Source: Candidatus Latescibacterota bacterium (GTDB taxonomy: Bacteria > Latescibacterota > UBA2968 > GCA-2709665). From it: DNA of 64,000 nt. Below, one piece after another: positions 1 to 9,139 of this stretch. The translations under genes and the position numbers were made by a program. Each line of letters begins with the position of its first letter. Position 1 is the stretch's first letter. Location of the stretch: contig CBDCOX010000002.1 in the NCBI GenBank assembly GCA_965219995.1, positions 3,424,001 to 3,488,000 of the forward strand, in the 5' to 3' direction. Below the pieces are notes generated by a model, which was given only the letters and a program-made list of their open reading frames with translations, searched no databases and was not told the DNA's origin.

Positions 1-146
1 CCCGAGCGGGACCATCCAATGCGTCGCAGGCACGGAAGAATGCCACGATGTCCGCCGGGGACTCGAAGGGCCGGGACCGCTGCTGTTGCTCCAGCCGTCG
101 CCGGGCTGCGGTTCTACGCCTTGCGCTCAAAGTCTTGCCCTCTCAT
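1..146 (-). pseudogene. Degenerate antitoxin-like ORF fragment running off the left edge
   Basis: Minus frame reads R*EGKTLSARRRTAARRRLEQQQRSRPFESPADIVAFFRACDALDGPAR, resembling small RHH-type antitoxins from memory; in-frame stop near 144 and no clean start. Confidence 0.3.
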
Positions 147-268
147 CGAGATGTGTATGTTCGATACACATCGTCGTCATACGATTTCAACCCTTCGTCC
201 CTGCCCCTGCGGACGGGTTTTCGGATCGGTTTTTACGGACGATTCACCTCGCCAAAACCGCGCGTAAT

Positions 269-331
269 TTGCGAAGGTGAAAACAAGGAACGATCTTATT
301 ATCGAAAATGCCCTAAATCGCAAATAATATA
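269..331. repeat. Copy 1 of a 63-bp imperfect direct repeat flanking the Fic gene
   Basis: Aligns without gaps to 1592-1654; shared blocks TTGCGAAnGTGAAAACAAG, TTATTA, AATGCC, AATAATATA. Confidence 0.7.
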
Positions 332-414
332 GAGCGAATCCACAATGAAGGACATTTCAATCTTCATTCGTGCGATCAGTGTCGAGAACGACGGATATAC
401 CGCGATTCCGTTGC

Positions 415-1578
415 TCACGTTCCAGGAGTTGATGTCTCCGCGTCGAGCACTTTCAGTACAGCTTCCGCACAATATACACGATTTCGCTTTGCATCGCCAA
501 CCGGGCTGACGATACCTGCCGATACCAACCTGTCGACCGCGCGTCGAGCCGTGGTATAGGCGACCCCCAACTTTGTTGCCAGCATCGGCACGTTCCAGAA
601 CGGGAATTCGACGAACAGTTCCAAAACCTTATCTAGATTCGCCGATCTGGCACTGCCGAGCTGCTTGGACCAGAGGTGGAACAATTCGTCGATTCGATGG
701 ATTCTGTTTATGGCGTCCTCGGCCTGCTCGGCAACGCCGCACAGAAAATAGATCAGCCACGCCTCCCACCGCCCGTCTTGAGTCACTGCAAGCAGGTGTG
801 CGTAGTACTCGTGGCGAGTGGCTTCAAAGTATGCGCTCAGATACAGAAGCGGTGTCGGCAGTACGCCACGGGCAACGAACAACAGCGAAATGATCAACCG
901 ACCGACGCGTCCATTCCCGTCCAAGAAGGGATGGATCGATTCGAACTGGGAATGGGTGAGGGCGGCGTGAATCAATGGCGGAAACGCATCGTCGTGGAGG
1001 AATCGCTCCCATGCGCCCAGGCAGCCCATCAGTTCCTCCGGTGGAGGAGGTACGTAGGTCGCGTCGTTAAGTGTACATCCGGGCTGGCCGATCCAGTTCT
1101 GGCTCCGGCGAAACTCTCCAGGCATAGCCACGTCGCCACGCACCCCGCGCATCAGACGTTCGTGCAGTTCGCGAACGAGGCGCAATGAAAGCGGGAGCGA
1201 TTCAAGGCGCTGGATCCCGTATTCCAACGCGGCGACGTAGTTGACGACCTCACTCAGGTCCGCGGCGCTTTGCTCAACCTGTGCCCCGGCCTGTGCGGCA
1301 AGCAGTTCGCCCAGGGTAGTCCGGGTGCCCTCAATACGGCTGGAAAGCACGGCCTCACGCTGAAGAAACGACCTGATGAACAGATGGGGATTCGGTATCT
1401 GCCGACCCTCGCCCGCCAGCCGGCCTATCGCCTGATCGGCGCGGGAGAGCGCTTTGACCAGTTCGCCGTCCCACGTGATTGGCGGTGGAAGGGGCGCCGG
1501 CACGAAAGCGCTGTAACCTCCCGGACATCGTACTGTGCGCCCGTGAGGCTCACGTGTCCCTGAAATCACGGATTCCAT
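415..1578 (-). CDS. Fic family protein (class II type) with C-terminal HTH
   Basis: Canonical HPFLDGNGRVGR motif; N-terminal SSRIEG inhibitory motif; 387 aa. Confidence 0.93.
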   Translation of the reverse strand: MESVISGTREPHGRTVRCPGGYSAFVPAPLPPPITWDGELVKALSRADQAIGRLAGEGRQIPNPHLFIRSFLQREAVLSSRIEGTRTTLGELLAAQAGAQVEQSAADLSEVVNYVAALEYGIQRLESLPLSLRLVRELHERLMRGVRGDVAMPGEFRRSQNWIGQPGCTLNDATYVPPPPEELMGCLGAWERFLHDDAFPPLIHAALTHSQFESIHPFLDGNGRVGRLIISLLFVARGVLPTPLLYLSAYFEATRHEYYAHLLAVTQDGRWEAWLIYFLCGVAEQAEDAINRIHRIDELFHLWSKQLGSARSANLDKVLELFVEFPFWNVPMLATKLGVAYTTARRAVDRLVSAGIVSPVGDAKRNRVYCAEAVLKVLDAETSTPGT

Positions 1579-1591
1579 TTCGTCGCCTTAA

Positions 1592-1654
1592 TTGCGAACG
1601 TGAAAACAAGCCCGGCCGTTATTAGCGTTAATGCCTCAATTCGATAATAATATA
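1592..1654 (-). promoter_or_regulatory. Fic promoter/leader; copy 2 of the 63-bp repeat
   Basis: AT-rich, TATATT-type -10 on the minus strand directly upstream of the Fic start; homologous to 269-331. Confidence 0.55.
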
Positions 1655-1670
1655 AGACAAAAGTACAAGC

Positions 1671-1706
1671 AAGAAAAGAACTGGCTTGTCTCTTGCAAGC
1701 CAGTTC
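1671..1706 (-). terminator. Intrinsic terminator-like hairpin
   Basis: GAACTGGCTTG/CAAGCCAGTTC 11-bp stem followed by a U-rich tract on the minus strand. Confidence 0.6.
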
Positions 1707-1736
1707 AAGTTAGATAGCGGGGCCGGAAGGAGGTTG

Positions 1737-1976
1737 TCAATCGTGACGGGTGAATGGCGATGACGGCCAACACTGTCGTCTGCGGGGTTCATCCCCCACG
1801 CTCAGCAGGAAGCGGGCCAGGGCGCCCGGACGACGCGCCACCGGTTGAAGCATTTGCTTTGACGCTCCCGATGGAACAAGGATCCCACGACGGCAAAGCT
1901 CATCCAGTCGCGCTTCGATCGTCTGCTGCTTGTGATGTTGGTTCGCGAGGTTGTCAGACACGGGGTCTCCTCTCAC
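1737..1976 (-). CDS. Small protein, possible antitoxin C-terminal fragment
   Basis: IEARLDELCRRGILVP...PVARRPGALARFL resembles tails of Phd/VapB-like antitoxins; no toxin partner downstream. Confidence 0.4.
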   Translation of the reverse strand: MRGDPVSDNLANQHHKQQTIEARLDELCRRGILVPSGASKQMLQPVARRPGALARFLLSVGDEPRRRQCWPSSPFTRHD

Positions 1977-1981
1977 ACACG

Positions 1982-2068
1982 CTACGCCGGACGGAACGTC
2001 ACGACCAACTCCCGGCCGAGGGAACGCAGGGCCTTGTGAATGCGGTTGGCAGCGGTGTGATGTCTTTG
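1982..2068 (-). pseudogene. HicB-like antitoxin 3' remnant
   Basis: RHHTAANRIHKALRSLGRELVVTFRPA* resembles the end of the HicB C-terminal HTH; the 5' part is missing. Confidence 0.4.
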
Positions 2069-2220
2069 TGTCCGAATATCAATGGAATTGCCACCGAATC
2101 TGTTGACGACCGGGCACGGTCGCGGATTACGACGCCGTGCGGTACGACAGGACCCCGGCGGAATGGCTCCGTCGGGGTCTTGTCTTCGCCATCGGACCGT
2201 CACATGAGACGGCCGAAATC

Positions 2221-2296
<76 letters not shown>

Positions 2297-2362
2297 ATAT
2301 ACTTGCAGGACGCAAACTGACAGTTTGCGCTACGTCGAGGGACAACGCTATCAGACTGAAAA

Positions 2363-2833
2363 TTACGTCCGAACGTAATCCCCGCTGCGGCCGCCGGTTT
2401 TTCTCAGGAGGCGGATGTTCCGGATCTCCATTCCTCTGTCCACGGCCTTGCACATATCGTAGACGGTCAGCAACGCCGCGCTGACGGCCGTCAGCGCCTC
2501 CATTTCCACGCCGGTCCTGCCCGTCACACGAACGGTGGCTTCCGCTTCGATGCGGTCCGGTCCTACCTCGAAACTGACTTCGATGCCCGTGGGATCGACG
2601 GGATGGCACAGCGGGATCAGCTCCCACGTCCGTTTCGCCGCCATGATCCCGGCAATCCGGGCGGTCTCAAGCACGTTTCCCTTGGGCAGCGCACTCCCGG
2701 AAACCAGCCGTGCCGTTTCCGGCGCCATCACGATCTCGCCGCCGGCGACCGCCACGCGCTCGGTGACGTCCTTATCAGTCACGTCCACCATCTTCACGGC
2801 GCCATCGTCTGCAATGTGGGTCAGATTCGCCAT
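2363..2833 (-). CDS. moaC: Cyclic pyranopterin monophosphate synthase
   Basis: [37 protein letters not shown] motifs. Confidence 0.97.
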   Translation of the reverse strand: MANLTHIADDGAVKMVDVTDKDVTERVAVAGGEIVMAPETARLVSGSALPKGNVLETARIAGIMAAKRTWELIPLCHPVDPTGIEVSFEVGPDRIEAEATVRVTGRTGVEMEALTAVSAALLTVYDMCKAVDRGMEIRNIRLLRKTGGRSGDYVRT

Positions 2834-2906
2834 GTCAAATGCCCGAAGGAGCCCGGGAGTGCGAGTCGTTCAAGACAATCGCGGACGACATAAAGGCCGT
2901 ATCGCG

Positions 2907-4133
2907 CTACCACTCCTCCAACAGCACGATGTCAACTTCCGCGCCGGCGTCGAGCGTCTCCACCTCGGCCTCGACCACGAACAGGCTGTTCGCCCGCGAA
3001 AGGGAAAAGAGGTCCGCCGACCCGTGGTGACCCACCCAGTCGCTTTCCCAGCGGCCGTTGATCTGCTCGGACCGGGCGGGTACGAACTGCTTGCGCCCAG
3101 GCGATTGCCGGAACGCCTGCGCCAGCCGGCCCCGTACCACCGGCCGGTGACACCCGGACATCCGCTGCATCTTCCGAACGGCCGGCCGGACCAGCAATTC
3201 CAGGCCCACGACTGCCGAGACAGGATTGCCCGGCAATCCGAACACGAGCTTTTTGCCGCGAGCGCCGAAGGTGAGGGGTTTGCCAGGCTTCATCCGGATG
3301 CGATCGAAGTAGATCTCCACGCCGCAATCCCGCATCGCGCCCTGCACAAGGTCATATATACCCGCCGACACGCCTCCGGAAAGCAGCACGACGTCGCATT
3401 CGTCCAGGCCGCGGGAGATCACGTTCTTCAGGGTGACTTCATCGTCTTCCACAATGCCCAGGTACCGCGTCTGTGCGCCGGAGCGCAACGCCTGCGCCAT
3501 CATGGAATATCCGTTGCTGTTCCGGATCTGCCCGGCCGCCGGGCTGTTTCCGGGCTCCACGATCTCGCTGCCAGTCGCGACCACGCCGACGACCGGGCGG
3601 CGGTAGACGGGTACGCCGACCACCCCCACGGCTGCAAGGATACCGATTTCCGGGGGGCGGATCCACGTTCCGGCCTCGAGTACCACCTGACCGCGTCTCA
3701 CGTCTTCCCCAAGGGGCGCGACGTTTCGGCCCGGCTCCGTGGGCGCCAGCACCCGCACACCCTCCCCGTCCCGCTCGGAAACCGTGTCTTCCACCATCAC
3801 AACCGTGTCCGCGCCGTCCGGCATCGGCGCGCCCGTCATGATTCGTGCAGCGTGGCCGGGCGAAACCGTCTCCTGCGGCACGGACCCGGCGGGAATCTCT
3901 TCGATTACATCCAGAATGGCGGGATCTTCCGAACACGCGACCGCGACGTCGTTGCCCACCACCGCGTACCCGTCCATGGTGGCCTTGTCGAACGGCGGCA
4001 TGTCGATGTCCGACCGGACGTCCCGCGCCAGCGTACACCCGAGCGCGTCCATCAGCCCGACGTTTGCAACGTCGATCGGGGACGTATGCTGCAGGACGAT
4101 GCGGATGGCCTCGTCCATGCTGATCATATCCAT
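2907..4133 (-). CDS. moeA: Molybdopterin molybdotransferase
   Basis: PPFDKATMDGYAV, RIMTGAPMPDGAD, SGGVS, KPGKP, GLPGNP motifs. Confidence 0.96.
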   Translation of the reverse strand: MDMISMDEAIRIVLQHTSPIDVANVGLMDALGCTLARDVRSDIDMPPFDKATMDGYAVVGNDVAVACSEDPAILDVIEEIPAGSVPQETVSPGHAARIMTGAPMPDGADTVVMVEDTVSERDGEGVRVLAPTEPGRNVAPLGEDVRRGQVVLEAGTWIRPPEIGILAAVGVVGVPVYRRPVVGVVATGSEIVEPGNSPAAGQIRNSNGYSMMAQALRSGAQTRYLGIVEDDEVTLKNVISRGLDECDVVLLSGGVSAGIYDLVQGAMRDCGVEIYFDRIRMKPGKPLTFGARGKKLVFGLPGNPVSAVVGLELLVRPAVRKMQRMSGCHRPVVRGRLAQAFRQSPGRKQFVPARSEQINGRWESDWVGHHGSADLFSLSRANSLFVVEAEVETLDAGAEVDIVLLEEW

Positions 4134-4300
4134 CGGTGATCCCTCCAATTGCGCCTCACGTCAGGCAATAAATATATACAAAGCCGGTACAAATGTCACT
4201 TCCAAATGGAATCCTCCGATTTTTGCAGGGCCTGCAGCGAGGCGGCATCCGGGTGCCGCTAACCCATTCGACGGTAAGGTCGTCGTCCGGGGCGCGTGAT

Positions 4301-4329
4301 TTGACATTCCCGGATCGAATGCCTACATT
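4301..4329 (+). promoter_or_regulatory. Sigma70-like promoter reading into repeat element A and the SDR gene
   Basis: TTGACA-17 nt-TACATT. Confidence 0.55.
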
Positions 4330-4421
4330 AAATGCGTGTGCAAAGCGCTGACAGGCGGGGTCGTCGTGTTTCTTTCGTATACCTTCGGTAAGAGGTGAGC
4401 ATCTTGAGGAAAAACTCGAAA

Positions 4422-4656
4422 CCGGTGAGACGGTAGACGTGAGACGGTAGACGAAAGCGGTGAGACGGTAGACGGAAGACGGTAGATGACGTCTATGCAC
4501 GAATGGTTCTTCCTTTTTGCCTGCGGCAAGAAATGAAACCGCAACGGGCAATCACATCCTCTACCGTCTACTACCTCTAACGTCTCCCCGCCTTTGGGGC
4601 ACTGAAATCCTCTCCCGTCTCCCGTCTTACGTCTCCCCCAGGGATGAGGGGTCGGG
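4422..4656 (+). repeat. Heptamer-armed modular element, copy A (one core)
   Basis: Left AGACGGT/AGACGTG array, core GATGACGTC...GCCTGCGGC...GGGCAA, two right TCTCCCGTC/TCTTACGTC arrays. Confidence 0.88.
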
Positions 4657-4756
4657 TGTAGCGGTCCCGGCCGAATCGATGATAGACTTCGCGAGACCAT
4701 AGAGATAACCTGTAGTTGCGGTGACATCATCATACGCCCCGGAGTTCAAACCTTCA

Positions 4757-5494
4757 ATGACTGAAACTGACGTCAGAACCGCCATCATCACGGGTGCCGG
4801 AACCGGCATCGGCCGTGCCATCGCCGTCGCTTTTTCCGGTGCGGGGATGAATTGCGTTCTCGCGGGACGCCGCGCCGGACCCCTCGAAGAAACCGCAGAG
4901 GCAATGTGCGATTCCCGGACTGATACGCTATGCGTGACGGCAGACGTCACCTGCCGGGACTCGGTAAGTGCCCTGGCCGACCGCACGATCGAGCGTTTCG
5001 GCCGGATCGACATCCTGGTAAACAACGCCGGCATCAACACGCTGAAGCGCGGTCTCAGAGATATATCCGACGAGGACTGGGACCGCGTGGTCGACATCAA
5101 TCTCACCGGTGCATTCAACGCGTTCCGCGCCGTGATGCCGCACATGGAGAACCAGGGAGACGGCCTGGTGATCAACATCTCTTCCATGGCAGGAAAGCGA
5201 TCCGGGATGATCGCGGGTGTCGCGTATTGCGCATCCAAGTTCGGCATGGCCGCCCTGAACCAGTCCATCAACGCCGAGTTCCGCGAGACCGGCATCCGGG
5301 CGTGCTGCATCTTCCCCGGAGAGGTCGACACGCCCATCCTGGACCTTCGCCCCAACCCGGTCTCGGACGAGAAACGGGCCGCCGCGCTCCCGCCGGAAGA
5401 CATCGCCGCCGCCGCCCTGATGGTCGCCCAGCTTCCCGGTCGTGCGATCGTTGAGGAAATCACGATCTTCCCGAGACGGGTCGTCGCAAAGTAG
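4757..5494 (+). CDS. SDR family oxidoreductase
   Basis: TGAGTGIG, NNAG, YCASK motifs. Confidence 0.93.
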   Translation: MTETDVRTAIITGAGTGIGRAIAVAFSGAGMNCVLAGRRAGPLEETAEAMCDSRTDTLCVTADVTCRDSVSALADRTIERFGRIDILVNNAGINTLKRGLRDISDEDWDRVVDINLTGAFNAFRAVMPHMENQGDGLVINISSMAGKRSGMIAGVAYCASKFGMAALNQSINAEFRETGIRACCIFPGEVDTPILDLRPNPVSDEKRAAALPPEDIAAAALMVAQLPGRAIVEEITIFPRRVVAK

Positions 5495-5636
5495 GCTGAG
5501 GAATGGGCGGATCGAACGCCGCGCCCGGACATTCCCGCCGCCGTACCGGGACAATCTCCTTGTCTGCGGATCGGAATTTTGTTACATTTCTGTAACATAC
5601 AATAATATAAGATGTTTATAACTGAAGAAGGGTAAG

Positions 5637-7184
5637 GTGCGAGTGAAGAGCGAAATCATTATCAATGTAGGGTCTCACGAGTCTCGAATCGCTGTTCTGG
5701 AAGATGGAAAGCTGGTTGAAATTCTCGTCGAATGCGCTGAAAACGAGCGCATGGTCGGCGATATCTACAAGGGAACCGTAACATCGGTACTCCCCGGCAT
5801 GCAGGCTGCCTTTGTGGAGATCGGCCTGGAAAAGAGCGCTTTTCTTCACGCCTCCGATATGCCCGGTTCGCCCGGGTCCATGGTGGGGCTGGACGAAGAA
5901 ACCCTCGAGGAAATCGACGCGCGAACCAACGTCAACGGCAAGTCGGTCATTCCCATAGAAGGACTCATCCAGAAGGGTCAGGAGGTCCTGGTTCAGGTCA
6001 AGAAAGAACCCATTGGCACGAAGGGGCCCAGGGTCACCGCGGTACCCTCCCTGGCCGGGCGGTTCATGGTGCTGGTGCCCAACGGGGAGAAGGTAGGCGT
6101 TTCCCGGAAGATCACCAACATGTCGGAAAAACGCAGGCTGAAGGACCTCGGCCGCGACATTCGTCCCGACGGATTCGGGATCATTGTCCGGACCGAAGCC
6201 TCCGGCAAGGGCGACCGGGAAATGATGCGAGACCTGAAGCAACTGATGAACGTCTGGGCGCGCATTCAGAAACAGTTCCGAGTCGCCGACCCGGCCAGCA
6301 TCCTGCACAAAGAAATGGGCATGACGTCGAGTCTCATACGCGACCTGTTTACCGACGACGTGGACCGTCTGGTGGTCGACGCAAAACAGGAATACAAGAA
6401 GATCCTGGCCTATCTCAAGTCCACTTCGCCCCACCTGCGCGAACGGGTGGAATACCACAGAGACAGCACGCCCGTCTTCGACGCCTTCGGAATCGAAAGT
6501 GAAATCGAGAAATGCTCCGAGCGTAAAGTCTGGTTGAAAGGCGGCGGCTACCTGGTTCTGGACCACACCGAGGCCCTGTTTGCCATCGACGTGAACAGCG
6601 GCCGGTTCGTGGGCCGTTCGAACCAGGAAGAAAACGTGCTGAAAATCAACCTCGAGGCCGCCCGGGAGATCGCGCGCCAGCTTCGCCTTCGCGATATTGG
6701 CGGCATCATCGTCATCGACTTCATCGACATGGCCATCGTGCAGAACCGCAAGCGGGTGGAGCAGGAGTTCCGGCAGGCCGTCCGGCGGGACCGGTCCAGG
6801 CCCCGTCTATCGGAGATCAGCGAGTTCGGCCTCCTGGAAATGACCCGGCAAAGGGTGCGCCCAAGCCTCATGTTCACCTTCAGCGAGACCTGCCCCCACT
6901 GTCACGGCAGCGGGCGCGTACCCAGCCGGGAGTCCACGCTGGCGCGCATCGAGCGGTGGCTCAAGAGATCCAGGGCCGCTTCTGTCGAACGCAGGCTGAC
7001 CGTGCACGTCAACCCCACGGTGGGAGATTTCATCCTCGAAAACCGCCGCGAACGCCTGAAGAGGTTGCGCCGGTCCACCCGGGTCTGGCTGAACGTGGAG
7101 AACGACCCCGACCTTTCCGTCGAGGCGTACCGGATGGTTTCCCGGAAGCGGAACGTGGACATTACGGACAAATTTAGAACTTGA
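5637..7184 (+). CDS. rng: Ribonuclease E/G family
   Basis: S1 domain (AAFVEIGLEKSAFLH), IDVNSG, LRLRDIGGIIVIDFIDM, CPHCHGSG; RNase G-like length. Confidence 0.92.
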   Translation: MRVKSEIIINVGSHESRIAVLEDGKLVEILVECAENERMVGDIYKGTVTSVLPGMQAAFVEIGLEKSAFLHASDMPGSPGSMVGLDEETLEEIDARTNVNGKSVIPIEGLIQKGQEVLVQVKKEPIGTKGPRVTAVPSLAGRFMVLVPNGEKVGVSRKITNMSEKRRLKDLGRDIRPDGFGIIVRTEASGKGDREMMRDLKQLMNVWARIQKQFRVADPASILHKEMGMTSSLIRDLFTDDVDRLVVDAKQEYKKILAYLKSTSPHLRERVEYHRDSTPVFDAFGIESEIEKCSERKVWLKGGGYLVLDHTEALFAIDVNSGRFVGRSNQEENVLKINLEAAREIARQLRLRDIGGIIVIDFIDMAIVQNRKRVEQEFRQAVRRDRSRPRLSEISEFGLLEMTRQRVRPSLMFTFSETCPHCHGSGRVPSRESTLARIERWLKRSRAASVERRLTVHVNPTVGDFILENRRERLKRLRRSTRVWLNVENDPDLSVEAYRMVSRKRNVDITDKFRT

Positions 7185-7271
7185 CAAAACCTCCGGTCTT
7201 TGTTACCGTTTTCGGCCCGTTTCACGATTGAAACGGCCGGATGTGTCAAATCGTATTCTGGAGGTTTTTCC

Positions 7272-7583
7272 ATGTATGCCGTTGTAGAAATCGCCGGTCA
7301 GCAGGTCAAGGTTCAGGAAGGGGACCGCATTCGCGTCTCCCGTCTCAAGGCCGAGGCCGGAGAATCGCTTACCCTGGACCGGGTCCTGCTGGTATCCAAA
7401 GACGGTGAAACCAGCATCGGCAGGCCGCAGGTCGACGGCGCCGCCGTGGAGGCCAGCGTCCTGGGGCACGGCAAGCACGACAAAGTCATCGTCTTCAAAA
7501 TGAAACGCAGGAAGGGCTACCGGCGGAAGAACGGACATCGACAGCCCTATACGGAACTGCAGATCGACGGCATCTCAGCGTAA
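7272..7583 (+). CDS. rplU: 50S ribosomal protein L21
   Basis: [14 protein letters not shown]...[17 protein letters not shown]; GGAGG RBS. Confidence 0.97.
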   Translation: MYAVVEIAGQQVKVQEGDRIRVSRLKAEAGESLTLDRVLLVSKDGETSIGRPQVDGAAVEASVLGHGKHDKVIVFKMKRRKGYRRKNGHRQPYTELQIDGISA

Positions 7584-7654
7584 TCCCGTCCCTGATTCCC
7601 GCCGGGTATCGGGATCTACCGAATTCGGCGGCGGCAGGGGAGGAGGACAACGAT

Positions 7655-7918
7655 ATGGCCCATAAAAAAGGGGTCGGAAGTTCCAGGAACGGCCGCGACA
7701 GCCGTGGGCAGCGCCTGGGCGTCAAAGTTTTCGGCGGTGAGTTTGTCACGGCGGGCAGCATCATTGTCCGGCAGCGCGGCACACGGATTCATCCCGGGAG
7801 CATGGTCCGTCGCGCCAGAGATGACTCGCTTTTTGCGCTGGTCGACGGCATTGTGACCTTCCAGAACCTGGACAAGCGCCGCAAGAAGGTCAGCGTTTAT
7901 CCCTCAGCAGCCCGTTGA
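7655..7918 (+). CDS. rpmA: 50S ribosomal protein L27
   Basis: [16 protein letters not shown]...RLGVK...IIVRQRGT. Confidence 0.98.
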   Translation: MAHKKGVGSSRNGRDSRGQRLGVKVFGGEFVTAGSIIVRQRGTRIHPGSMVRRARDDSLFALVDGIVTFQNLDKRRKKVSVYPSAAR

Positions 7919-8070
7919 AAAAGTCCATCCGGGCTGCGGCCTGCCCTTGCGGTCGAAATACTGCGTTGCGCGCCCTCGCCGAATCGCTGGATGGGACTCG
8001 GTTGCGCGCCTTGTCTTCGACCACAATGGCTCGGCCTCGCCTGCAGAGCGACTTTATCAACGGACTGATA
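7905..8070. mobile_element. MITE-like element (~165 bp) overlapping the rpmA stop
   Basis: Imperfect terminal inverted repeats CAGCCCGTTGAAAAAGTC ... GACTTTATCAACGGACTG; no transposase. Confidence 0.7.
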
Positions 8071-8086
8071 GCGGAGTAGCCCAGCA

Positions 8087-9010
8087 TTGAAGATCGCAGT
8101 GGTTGGCGCCGGCAACGTGGGAGCGACCGCCGCTCAGCATATTGCGGAGCGGGAGCTCGCCCGCGAACTGATCCTGCTGGACGTCGCCGAGGGCATTCCA
8201 CAGGGTAAAGCCCTGGATCTGGCTGAGGCGTCGCCGGTTGACCGCTTCGATACCCGGGTTTCGGGTACAAGCGATTCCGGCAGCCTGTCCGGATCCGACA
8301 TCGTCGTCATTACCGCCGGGCTGGCGCGCAAACCCGGCATGACCCGGGACGACCTGCTTGCAACAAACGCGGACATCGTGGGCTCGGTCTGCGAACGCGT
8401 CAAAGAAACAGCGCCCGACGCCATTGTCATCGTGGTGACGAATCCCCTCGATGCAATGGCTTACGTGGCGCTGAAAGTTACGGAGTTTTCGCCCGCTCGT
8501 GTCGTTGGCATGGCGGGCATTCTTGATTCCGCGCGGTTTCGTTATTTCATCGCGGGAGAACTGAACGTATCCGTGGAAGACGTGACCGCCTTCGTTCTGG
8601 GCGGCCACGGCGATTCCATGGTGCCTCTGCCCCGCTATTCTTCCGTGGCCGGCATTCCGCTGTCTGAACTGCTCGACGAAGCCGTCATCGAACGGCTGGT
8701 CGAACGCACCCGGGACGGCGGCGCCGAGATTGTCGGACACCTCAAAACGGGCAGCGCCTTCTACGCGCCCGCTTCCGCAATCGCCGAAATGGTCGCGGCC
8801 ATTGTGCGGGACAAGAAACGAATCCTGCCATGCGCCGCCTGGCTGACCGGCCAGTACGGCATCCATGACCTTTACATGGGCGTGCCGGTCAAGCTTGGCG
8901 CATCCGGCGTGGAGGAAATCATCGAAATCGGCCTCACGCCGGACGAACAGCAGGCCTTTCACGCATCCGCCGAGGCCATTCGATCCAGCGTCCTGAAACT
9001 GGACGTCTGA
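8087..9010 (+). CDS. mdh: Malate dehydrogenase (LDH-like)
   Basis: [40 protein letters not shown]; TTG start. Confidence 0.96.
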   Translation: MKIAVVGAGNVGATAAQHIAERELARELILLDVAEGIPQGKALDLAEASPVDRFDTRVSGTSDSGSLSGSDIVVITAGLARKPGMTRDDLLATNADIVGSVCERVKETAPDAIVIVVTNPLDAMAYVALKVTEFSPARVVGMAGILDSARFRYFIAGELNVSVEDVTAFVLGGHGDSMVPLPRYSSVAGIPLSELLDEAVIERLVERTRDGGAEIVGHLKTGSAFYAPASAIAEMVAAIVRDKKRILPCAAWLTGQYGIHDLYMGVPVKLGASGVEEIIEIGLTPDEQQAFHASAEAIRSSVLKLDV

Positions 9011-9139
9011 CGACAGCCTCTGCGACAAACCACGTCCGCAACTACCGCACGGCCGGGTCCCCAAAAAGGAGCCGGTTTCTTTTTGCGCTCCCCAGGATCG
9101 GGCGCCTGTTTTTCTCCGTCGCGAACCCGAAGCCGCGGA

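Noticed and set aside
4134-4300. Possible Moco riboswitch upstream of moeA-moaC
   Set aside because: I could not identify the conserved Moco/Wco RNA motif by eye; an Rfam scan would settle it.
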